DNA of 64,000 bases from Eledone cirrhosa (lineage: Eukaryota): assembly GCA_964016885.1 (NCBI GenBank), contig OZ024741.1:41850001-41914000 (forward strand), written 5' to 3'. The position numbers and the translations under genes were made by a program. Shown one piece after another: positions 53,748-64,000 of the stretch. The notes beneath the pieces are model-generated. The model had not been told where the DNA came from and searched no databases. It worked only from the letters and a program-made list of their open reading frames with translations. Within the stretch, counting starts at the first letter, position 1; every line of letters begins with the position of its first letter.

Positions 53748-53805
53748 GTGATAGACTGAATGAATTGGGACCGAGAACCCAACGAAACTTGAGTACCTGT
53801 TTACG
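53748..53805 (+). ncRNA. Degenerate minimal hammerhead motif
   Basis: CTGAATGA-a-ttggg(accgagaa)cccaa-c-GAAA-cttgag-TA-cctgtt. Strong helix II and near-palindromic helix III (CTCGAG with CpG decay), but one extra base in the core. Confidence 0.45.
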
Positions 53806-53914
53806 TCACTATTTTAATTATTTATACTAAACTAGTCCTATGGCCTGAGTGCTCTTACTCTTGGATATTTCCACTTTTACTTTAGTATATATATATATAT
53901 AAAAAAAAAAACAG

Positions 53915-54103
53915 TCTAACAGTAAAAACCTCCCAGTCCACAGTAAACGTGGTTGGTGTTAGAAAGGGCATCCAGCCGTAGAAAACCCGCCAGACAGTCC
54001 TATACGAGCAGGACAACCAATCTTGCCTCAAGTGGGAAAACTCCCGTCCAAACCCATGCAAGCGTGGAAGATGGACGTTAAACGATGATGATGATGATGA
54101 TGA
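53915..54103 (+). mobile_element. RTE 3'-tail fragment
   Basis: Matches 39115-39305 and ends in (ATG)n. Confidence 0.85.
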
Positions 54104-54139
54104 TATATAGTGGTAGAACACTGGAAGGTAATATCCGTA

Positions 54140-55745
54140 GTGGTAGAGCACTCAGTCCAGTGGGAGAACAGCGACTCCATAATTAAGTTTGACATCGTTG
54201 ATTTTTACCAGTCGATCTCAGAGACCCTGTTAAACAAAACGTTGGACTTTGCTACAACTTACACTACCGTCGATGGTTTAGACAGGGAAATCATCGCTCA
54301 CTGCCGGAAAACCCTCCTCTTCAACAACGGAGTAGCCTGGGCAAAGAAGTCAACAACTTCAGACCTATTCGACGTCTCCAAGGGATCGTTTGACAGTGCT
54401 GGCATATGCGACTTGGTTGGGCTATTTATTTTAGGCATATTAAATGTTAGATTCCCGGACTTCCACATGGGAATATACCGCGACGATGGACTGACCTTAT
54501 TGAGCCCTAAAAGTGGTCATAACCTCGACCGGTTTAAAAAAGACTTAGCTTCTACCTTCAATGAGTTAGGATAACAGTAGCTACCAACCTCTCTAGCGTA
54601 GATTTCTTAGACATTAATTTAGACCTTCGCACACACACACACAGACCCTTCCATAAGCTTAACGAAAAACTCAATTACATTCACAAGGACTCATGCCACC
54701 CTCTCACTGTTTTTAGAAACTTCGTAAATAATATCAGTACTAGAATCTCAAACCTCTCCTCTAATAAGGCTATCTTTGACAGAGCAGCACCCTACTATAA
54801 CACGGCGTTAGCTAACAGCGGCTGCTTGCAACCTATCACTTACTCTCCCACTAACAACAACAGCAATAAGAAAAGAAAGTGTAACAATAGACAAACTATC
54901 TGGTTATTTCCTCCCTTCTCACTCAACGTTAAAACCAATGTAGGCAAAATATTTCTAGCCCTCTTAGATAGACATTTTCCCATAGGTCATAAATACCGCT
55001 CCATCTTTAACCAACACAAAGTAAAACTAGGATACTCCTGTGCTAAGAACATGAAGGCCCACATCACCAACAGCCCTAAGAGCAACACCCCGCCAGGGTG
55101 CTCTTGCCGTAAGCCCGAAGCTTGTCCCCTTCAACAGCAATGCAACAGACCAAATCAACTACAGGATGTCAAATCCTATGTGGGTATGTTGGAGGGCCAA
55201 TTTAAGGAAAGCTTCCTGAACCACCAGTCGACCTTTAAGCACCAGACAGACGTTCATCCACGAAACTCGCGAGCCACGTATAGTCCCTCAAGGACTCAAG
55301 ATAGTGATGGCTTTCCATTGAATAGAGTAGTCTAAGTCCAAGCCATACACAAGGGGAAATCCATCATATGGACTATGTATTGATGAACGAATAAATATTC
55401 TAAAGAGATTACGCAATAGGGATTGCCTAAACTCGAGAAATGAATTCTTCACACGCTGTCCACATGCCTGGAAACACCTCTTACATAACTACAAAGCTCC
55501 AGATTGAATTACAACAACATCCTAATTTTCTTAACTAAAAACTTTCGAACTTTTGCAGTTATCTCCCTCACACCTCTCTCACGCAATTTAGTATTGGCTG
55601 TGTGAAGTAATCGTTTCTGCGCATGCGCCTTCGTACGGTTGTCCTTCTTGTTCCGTATAACCACGTCCATTACGAGCTGGGGATCGGCTAAGGTGAAACA
55701 ATTTTTCTCGGTATGGTGAACTAACTGTTGTGTAACTACTGCTAT
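54140..55745 (+). mobile_element. Penelope-like element (YRDD/Naiad-type RT + Cys motif + GIY-YIG), 5'-truncated, degenerate
   Basis: FDIVDFYQSI, GSFDSAGICDLVG, GIYRDDGL; frameshift at about 54570; DFLDINLDL; IWLFPPFSLNVKTNVG; CSCRKPEACPLQQQC; KSYVG..FKE..NH; LCIDER..LNSRNE..RCPH. The 3' UTR ends at (TA)n. Confidence 0.88.
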
Positions 55746-56421
55746 ATATATATATATATATAAACAATCAAGAAACACAAATGTATTAAACTAAGATTTG
55801 ATTGTTTTAATATTTTCTATCTCGACTCTTTAATACATTTGATAATTTGCATTGAGCCTTTTCTCCTACCGGTAACTGGCTAGTACTTAGTACTACCCTC
55901 CATATTTATAATTGTATATAAAACATATATAAGTATAAATATTATTATTATTACTATATATATATATATTACTATAAACTACATCCAGTGTCAAGGTTCC
56001 AATTCGGAAGTTCAGAAGCTATAGGGAATGTGGAGTTACCCCTTAGTTGTTATCACTCCCAGGTCTTCTCTAGCACGAAGTAGTAGTACCTGTTAAGGCC
56101 CCATTTATGGGTTAAATAATTACCTTACTCAAGTGGCACCGGTAAGGTATTATCAGCCATTGAAAAGAACCATGTAGAGTGTATTTAATAGCACTAGGGT
56201 TAGAGACCCTAACTACACTGTAAGGAGCAGGCTGGTCGTTATGACTACTGGTTTAGATCCACAGGGAGGGCCAGTGGATGATGGATCAGCTATCTCTGAG
56301 ACACGGGTCTCTTGGAGACGAAGAACATGGCAGAAATGATGAAGGACTGGGACCGCCGGAAGAGAAGTCGTCCATGGATCTTGGGAATTTTACCAGTCCT
56401 ATATATATATACACACACATA

Positions 56422-56458
<37 letters not shown>

Positions 56459-56562
56459 ACAGACACACATATATATGTATACACTCACACACATGCACCA
56501 GATAAATAAAATGTGTATATTTGTGTGTGTGTGTGTGTGTAAATCATACATGTACATGTATG

Positions 56563-56647
<85 letters not shown>

Positions 56648-56653
56648 TATAAA

Positions 56654-57003
56654 GGCACATGGCTTAGTGGTTAGAACATTGGCCTTGCAATCGAAAGGTT
56701 GTAAGTTCAATTCTCAGACTGGGTGATGTGTTGACACTTTATTTCACATTGCTCCAGTTTACTCAGCTGTAGAAATGAGATGATAGGACTGGGGTCCCTA
56801 TCATTCCACTGCAAAGTGGCCATGGAGGTGCCACGGCAAAAAAGCACCCAGCCTACACTTTAAAGTGGACGTGTAGGCGCCACGGCAAAAAAGCACCCAG
56901 CACTCACTGTAAATGAGAAGGGCATCCGGCTGTAGAAATCAAGCCAGAATCTGTTCCCATCCCACCCTTGCAAGCAGGGAAAAACGGACGTAAAATGATG
57001 ATA
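56654..57003 (+). mobile_element. CORE-SINE with RTE tail (two UTR repeat units)
   Basis: tRNA head, partly deleted CORE, and a tail matching 2343-2490. Confidence 0.87.
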
Positions 57004-57469
57004 TATATGTATGTATATATACATACATTACACATATCTCATATATATATATACCATATCACAGTTTATGTAACAAACATTTAACACTTTGTGGCTATAT
57101 GTCTAATCAATTACATTGTCTGTGTTTTTTAATTAGCTTTCTTATTACTGGGATGTTTTTTGAACATGCCGAAATGTATGTGTATGTGTGTGTGCACGTA
57201 TGCGCATATGCATACATTTATATGTATGAGTATATAAATATAAATGCACAAACAGACACTCACAAAAATACACCCCCACATACATACACAGCGTAGCAAA
57301 TGGAACACCAGCCAGTGTTTTGCTTTAGTTTTTTCCCATCTCCTTCCTCTCTTTTACACACACATACATTCACAAACATACACTGTGTGACGGAAGGACG
57401 GAAGTCACTCAAATTTATATATAGATATTTATTATTTCATTTATTGTCTTTTCTTCTTTGTCCACATAT

Positions 57470-57720
57470 TCCTGAGAGGGTTGTTAGGGTAGAGTTCTGA
57501 AACACCCCTTCCACCGGGTCCTGTCAAAAGCAAACATCTCCAACTGATTTGGCAGGATCGCTAAATGAAACCAGCCAAGCTAATGAATGTTATTCAACCA
57601 TCTTGCTGAGGGTCTACTCCTGGATACCCTGTCAGTTGGTTTTGCTTTTAAAAGCTGTCCAACGATTCTTTCCTGAGACATACTAACCACATGCCCAATA
57701 TTGTAGCTGTGATCTCTCAA
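57470..57720 (-). pseudogene. RTE-group LINE C-terminal relic
   Basis: GHVVSMSQERIV..RSRPSARWLNNIH. Same family as 32160-32392. Confidence 0.6.
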
Positions 57721-58324
57721 TTTGCAGAGGCAGCAGCTTACACACACACTCAAACACACACACACGCACACACACACACACACACACGCGCACACACACA
57801 CCAAGGAAAGGATTATCCTATCTATACACCTATCGTCACTCTGGCTGAGGCCAACAGGCTTCCAGTTGTGACATGAAAATGGTTGTATCAAGGCTGATGA
57901 TGATGATATTTAAGTCTGACTAATATTACTTTAGATCAATCTTTTTGTAAATCTCATCTAAAAAGCACAAGTGCCATAACTTTTGAAGTACTTTTACAAC
58001 TTTTTCTGCATTATTATAATTAATTATCTAAGTAGTAGTTGAGCTGGTGCTGATGAATGAGCACTGAAATTGATAGCTACAGGTGCAATGGCATTTTCTA
58101 CTTCCATTCACATCTAGAACAATTTAGATCATCATTCCGATAAACTAATGACAGGATGAGGAAAAAGTAAAGTGCTGTTTGAGTGACTAGTAAGAAAATG
58201 ATTGGAGGACTTCTGCAATGGATTAGTGACTCACTGCTTACACCTTTTTCATTACCATGTTTTTAATGAAAGACTGTCATTTTCAAATAATTTTCTAATA
58301 ACTTTCAAAATTATCAAGTCTTTG

Positions 58325-58528
58325 GAGGGGTTTAATAATTTTGGGAGAGGGGAAAGTCAATTAAATCGACCCCAGTACATTACTGGTACTTTATTTTATT
58401 GACCCGATAAGGATGAAAGGCAAAGCTAAGCTTAGTGAGATTTGAACTCAGAACATAAAAGAATGTAACTGTATGCCACAAAGCATGTTTTCCGACACTC
58501 TACCAAGACTGCCAATCTGCCCCACCCT
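58325..58528 (-). mobile_element. Meta-type SINE
   Basis: Reverse complement of head, B-box and central domain. Confidence 0.78.
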
Positions 58529-59449
58529 TGGAGGGAATTAATAATATAACTTTCTTCATTTAAAGGGTGATGGCGTGGGGCAATAGACTAAAAAAATACT
58601 GGGAAACTTTGATGAAGATATTTAGGAAAAGTTAAATCTGAAAGACAAAGACTAGAAGATTCTGGATCAAACCATGTTAAAGGCACTAACATTTGAAATA
58701 TAAGTGTATGCATCTGTGTAGTGTCAAACTAAAATCATAAAGAATACATTGTTTTGGATTACAATATTTAGATTTCAATGAAATGCAGTCTGTTCCAGGC
58801 GCAATTTTAATATTTTTCAATAATTTTTCAAAAGACATGAAAGTGAAAAGGCTGATAGAAATTCAGAAAAAAAATTATAAATAATTGTTATTGAAATAAT
58901 AAAGGAAAGAAAAATTAATTTCTTTGAAACAAAATAAGTTCTGCAACTTAATTGGAACTAAATTATTGGAGGGGGGGGGGGGGGGGGGGGGGGGTAAAAA
59001 AGAAATATATTCAAAATAACAATAGTTTATAATTATGCATTTTATGAAATGTCCACATTTAAATTTCAATAGATGCTATACATTTAATGAGGAAAATCTA
59101 AAATAATTTAATGATTGACTAAAATTTCTATGACATTCGATTTCCTGTATGTGGCCTGCAGTTTGTTGAAATAATTTCTACGCTTGAAAATGTCATAAAT
59201 ATTCTATTTTAATTTCAAAAAATAACTTCACAAAATAAAATAATAAAATGTAGCAAAAGAAAAGAGAGGCAATGAGAAATAATAAAATAATTTTATCTTC
59301 CTTTTGTCTCTTATGCAATACATTGTTTTCAGAATCTTCTCAGAAAGAGAATACAAATAAACCTAAATACAATAGATGTTTAAGGCCATTTTCCCTTGTA
59401 AAACAAGAGTTAGTCTTGTGGACCCCATGGCAGGCTTAATAATCTGCAA

Positions 59450-59972
59450 AGTCGTTGTTTTGGTGCCATCACAAAAAGTGCCCAATCAACACTGTAAAGT
59501 TACCATGTAGGTGTCATGTCAAAAGCACCCAGCCCACACTCTACAGTGGTCATATTGGTGCCATGACAAAAAGTATCCACCAGCACTGTAAAGTGGTCAT
59601 ACAGGTATCACAATAAAAAGCACCCAGCCAGCACTGTAAAGTGGTCATTTAGGTGTCACAACAAAAAGCACCTGGCCCACACTGTACATGGTCATATATG
59701 TGTCATGACAAAAAGCACCTGGTCCACACTGTAAAGTGGTCATGTAGATGTCATGATAAAAAGCACCCAATCCGCACTCTAAAGTGATCTTGTTGAAGCC
59801 ATGACAAAAACACCCAGTCCACACTGTAAATGTGGTTGCTGTTAGGCAGAGCATCCAGGCCAGAAACAGTTCTGTATCAGCAAGACACAATCACCTGACC
59901 TAATATGTCTCAAATGGGACAACTCATCTAACCCACGCTAGCGTGGGAAACGGACATTAAACGATGATGATG
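59450..59972 (+). mobile_element. RTE 3'-UTR relic with ~8 tandem ~50-bp units
   Basis: Unit ACAAAAAGCACCCAGCCCACACTGTAAAGTGGTCATGTAGGTGTCATG, followed by the standard tail and (ATG)n. Confidence 0.8.
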
Positions 59973-61344
59973 AAGACCTTTTTGAAGCAATGTTTTACTG
60001 TCTGATGCCCTTCTTGACACTCACCCTTTTAGACACCTCTTATGACACACAGGAAGATATGGTGTGCCATGTTCACCACTATTCTAAGCAGGCCGAATCA
60101 ATATAATATAATATACAAAAATACATTAAAAAATAAAAGGTAAAAGCTGCTACTGCTGCCACATTATTAACTTTCATCATTAGACTCTTATGCATCAATC
60201 AATAATTACAGCACCAATCAATATTTTAAGATTCGAATGTTAGAAATTCTGATACCAAACCACCTGAAACTAGCACTGTCTGTTTTAAAGTGTATATATT
60301 TATCTATGTATACAGACACATGCACACACCCACACACACCCCCACACACACACACGCACAGGTGTCACGACAAAAAGTACCCAGCATACACTGTAAATGT
60401 GGTTGGCATTAGAAAGGGCATCCAGCCATAGGAAACCATCCCTAAAACACCCAGCACACACTATCAATGTGGTTGGTGTTAGAAAGGGCATCAAACACTA
60501 GAAAACCAGCCAGAAACACTTATATGAGCGAGACACGGTCACCCGACCCAACTTGCCTCTAAATGGGACAAACCCGTCTAACCCATGCTAGCATGGAAGA
60601 TGATGATGATAAACATGTGCATGCACACACACATTTATACACATATGTATGTACGTATGTATAAATATATGTGTGTGTGTTTGTGTGAGTGTGTGTGTCA
60701 TCATCATCATCGTTTTAACATGTTTTCTCTTCTAGCAAGGTTCGGAATGTCTATAAAAACCAAGTGAGTACGGAAGCGGAGCCACTGATCTCCCAGGCAG
60801 GCCAGGAATCTGTGTCTCATCTATGTACAGTCTCGTGTTCCATCAAGTGCTCAGGAGAGGTTTCATGCCTTTGTTACAACTGAGGGTCCTACATACCCTT
60901 TGTTTGGCAAGATTTCTACGACTGGATGCCCTTCCCATCACCAACCACTTTATGATGTGTACTGGATGCATTTATCATGTAAATCATTACCACTAGGAAG
61001 GTAGTTTGCTTGGCAATCTCTCCATCGTTGAAAGCCCTTCTTATCACCCACTTCACAGGGGTAGCTACTAGGAATGTGTGTGCATGGGGGGGGGGGTGAA
61101 GTAGTGAAGGTGAGAATGACTGTTAGTGAGTGCTAGTGGAAGAGGTGAGGGGAGATCAGATCATATTGTATGCTGCAGATCAGGTTTTCTTCAGCACTGC
61201 ATAGCGCCAGCCCTCACAGTCTTTAGTCATATATACACACACACATGAAAACTTTGGGATCCGATGGCTGAGCTCTAACCATTTCAACAGCTATATATAT
61301 TTAAGATTGGACATTCCTGATGATTTCATAAAACAAAGACATAT

Positions 61345-61573
61345 ATATACACGTATATGAGTCCAGGGTTCAATCAGGGGGTAACCACAGTAAATAAGGT
61401 ACTCAACATATTACAAGAGTGTATAGGGCTTTGATGATTTCCTTTGAATGAAAGTTCTAGTCCTGTAGAAGCCATTTCTATATTAAATTTTGCTATATAT
61501 ATATATATAAATGGCTATGTATTGAGTACCTTACTTACTGTGGTTACCCCCAATTGAACCCAGGATACGGACG

Positions 61574-61578
<5 letters not shown>
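61345..61578. repeat. Inverted repeat (~45-60-bp arms) in (TA)n context enclosing a hammerhead-like motif
   Basis: GGGTTCAAT(C)AGGGGGTAACCACAGTAAATAAGGTACTCAA versus TTGAGTACCTTACTTACTGTGGTTACCCCCAATTGAACCC. The spacer contains TTGATGA-tttc..gaat-GAAA. Confidence 0.75.
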
Positions 61579-61606
<28 letters not shown>

Positions 61607-62497
61607 ATGTGTGTAATTATGATGCTGATATTCGTTTATTATGGCAAAGTAGTGAATCTCTTTACTATGGAGTTTCACCTGCGCACACACAGGATCAATG
61701 CACACACACACACGTTTTTTTTATTATAAGCTGACAAGTTCTCTCAGCATTTTCACACTTGTCTCTTTCCTAATTTTAAAAGCCCTTCAAGAGAGAGAGA
61801 GAGAGAATGTCAATTGAATCCACTCTACCACTTTACATTATGAACCCTAGAATAGTTAAAAGTGGCATGATTTGATCTTGAAATCAATCACTACCTTTTG
61901 GCAACAAAATCAATGTCCTGTTAATCATTGTATTAACATCACTTATATTCGGTTTTTAAGTGTTGGAACCTTAATGAAATCAGAGAGAAACATACAAATT
62001 CACTTTTCTAATATTGTAACAACTTGTGTCCAAAGTGAACAGTTGTTGAGATGAATATAAGATAATAGTAATGCTTAGTCTCGTAGTCTCAAATTTAACA
62101 TTTATTTTCAATTAGAGAGTAGAGGTTAATTGTTCCACCATTATCCTCAATTTTATAATGATAAAATCAAAAAGGTGAGTATGAGTGGGTGAGAGAATCA
62201 GTATTTTCTCAAATGAAATACAACTAAATTAGAATATGTGTATACATGCATATTAATAAGTGGAAGGAAGCAACAAAAGATGGAGACCAAAAAGAAAAAT
62301 AAGCCCTGATCAGAGGAGGTGGAAGCTGATCTTAGGAAACAAAACTTTATAAAGGAGATGGAGACGACAAAGAAAAAAAGAATAGAGAGATACTATACTG
62401 GAGAAGATTGCAATGAACTTTTTGACATGACGAAATAAAGGAAAAGTGAATATAACAACTTTTTGGGGCTTTTTTATTTTTTAAATAGTTAAAATTA

Positions 62498-62694
62498 CCA
62501 TATATACTTGGATATAAGTCAACCCCCTCCCCTATTTTATGTCTGAGAAATGGGTAAAAATCCAAACCCCATTTATAAGACAAGGCAGCTAATCAACACA
62601 TGGTTTAGATGGCATATTAAAGCTGACCCACCAATTTTACCATCAATTGTTTGGTGGGTCACATATTTCTCAGCTTATGTTTGAGTATATACAG
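62498..62694. mobile_element. pogo/Tigger-like MITE
   Basis: TA-CCATATATACTTGGATATAAGTC / GCTTATGTTTGAGTATATACAG ends. The internal TATTTTATGTCTGAGAAATGGG is shared with 14378-14559. Confidence 0.6.
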
Positions 62695-63391
62695 TTTACT
62701 CAGCTGTAGAAATGAGATGATAGGACTGGGTCCCTATCATTAAATTACCTAAGACACCTCCAGCAAGATATACCTTGGAGGAGGCCAGCTAGACCTGCAT
62801 AGGTGTGAGCTGTCACACACACACATAGCTGTATACATGGGAAAAGTACTGTATATGTTGGAGCGAACACCTTAATTCTAATTTCCTCAGTTTCAACACA
62901 CTGTCTCAGATAAAATAAGTACAACTTTAAAATTATTTTATGCAAACTGAAAGTGCCTGCTAAAACACAGACAGATGAGTTGCCTTCAAAATGGTAGACC
63001 AATGATTTAAATTATAATATGATAGGCATGATGCACGAGTGTGTGTCCGTGAAACATATACATACACACCAGGTCCAAACACAAAGGAACCAAACTCCCA
63101 CTGTCACTGCCCCCCGTCTCTCCCCATCTCTCACTATTATGAGCAAATAGGAGCCCATGCTCTGGATGGCCCGCGGCCCCAGCAGACAGAATAGAAACAC
63201 AGTGCAAGAACCATTCCAGTTTGCAAGTCTCACAGATTAGTTTCTTAGTTCAAATCTTGCTTAACTATCAATTTTAATTATCATTGAGTTAACACTTTTG
63301 ATACTAAACTGCCTGAAACTGTCCCTGCTTATATAATAGGAAGTTGTTTGTTTTCATTGTTTATATCTAAACCTTCCATTATGATGTTAAA

Positions 63392-63576
63392 TGGGCTGGA
63401 TTGGCAGTATCGGTAGAGGGTCAGACGTCATGCTTTGATGTATAGAGTTACGGCCCTTGCCATTCTGATTCAAATCCCACCGAGGTTAACTTTGCCTTTC
63501 ATCCTTACGGGGTCGATAAAATAAAGTACCAGTAATGCACTGGGTAATTGCTGGCCTTGTGCCAAAAGTAGAAACA
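63392..63576 (+). mobile_element. Meta-type SINE with 14-bp TSD, nested in MITE family B (63288-63736)
   Basis: ATTATGATGTTAAA at 63378-63391 and ATTATAATGTTAAA at 63577-63590. Confidence 0.85.
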
Positions 63577-64000
63577 ATTATAATGTTAAAGAAAATTTTC
63601 TTAAATCATGTCTCAGACACCAGCTTAATAATGTTAAAGTTATTTTATTAAATCTTTACAGATTCTTAATTGTTTTCAAAATTATTTGAAAGTTGCTGGC
63701 TGTCTTTTATTAAAAATTTGGTAACAAAAGGGTTAAAAACATTGCTATTATATTATCTACAAGCATTTATATAAAAAGTGCATTCAAATGTTTCTAATAA
63801 TATTAGTAAATGAAAGTAGTAAAGGTAGCCAGATAAATATTGGTGAAAATTAGGTTAGAAAATAGCCTAGACGAATAAACCATATTAATTCAACTGCAAC
63901 CAGAAAATGTAATTATGTTGTGAGAGACCTTATGATAATAGACAGTGCAACTCAGTATACAAAATAAAACTGGCAAAGCTAATAAAAAATACTGGATTGT

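Noticed and set aside
54826-55500. Selenocysteine recoding in the Penelope element
   Set aside because: The conserved Cys positions I could read use TGC/TGT. The interruptions are frameshifts or ordinary decay, and no SECIS was recognised by eye.
62745-63233. Host exons in the GC-richer patch
   Set aside because: Short ORFs with no recognisable motif and no convincing pair of splice sites.

Overview
Eukaryotic, AT-rich, repeat-dense genomic DNA. No bacterial-type genes, rRNA or CRISPR were found, and no host protein-coding exon could be supported with confidence. The repeat repertoire resembles a coleoid cephalopod (Octopus-like) intron or intergenic region; the taxon is an inference. The repertoire comprises RTE LINEs with (ATG)n tails, tRNA/CORE SINEs and Meta-type SINEs, and very long (AT)n/(GA)n/(CA)n arrays. 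Almost all ORFs in the supplied track are microsatellite artefacts. The real coding remnants are all transposon-derived: three RTE-clade LINE copies with a PHD finger inside ORF2, a Penelope-like (YRDD, Naiad-type) RT/GIY-YIG element, a CRE-clade RLE fragment, an R4/Dong-like RLE relic, a DD37D (maT-like) Tc1/mariner deletion derivative, and several LINE C-terminal relics. Non-coding mobile DNA includes two SINE superfamilies, piggyBac-like TTAA MITEs, Tc1/mariner and pogo-like MITEs, a 764-bp fold-back element and a probable LTR+PBS. The most notable unexplained structure is a population of short palindromic elements embedded in (TA)n tracts, several with degenerate minimal hammerhead-ribozyme motifs linked to Penelope termini. 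Also notable are a 19-copy amplification of a SINE Pol III head, a zero-spacer inverted SINE pair, and an inverted duplication whose loop was copied from 1.8 kb upstream.
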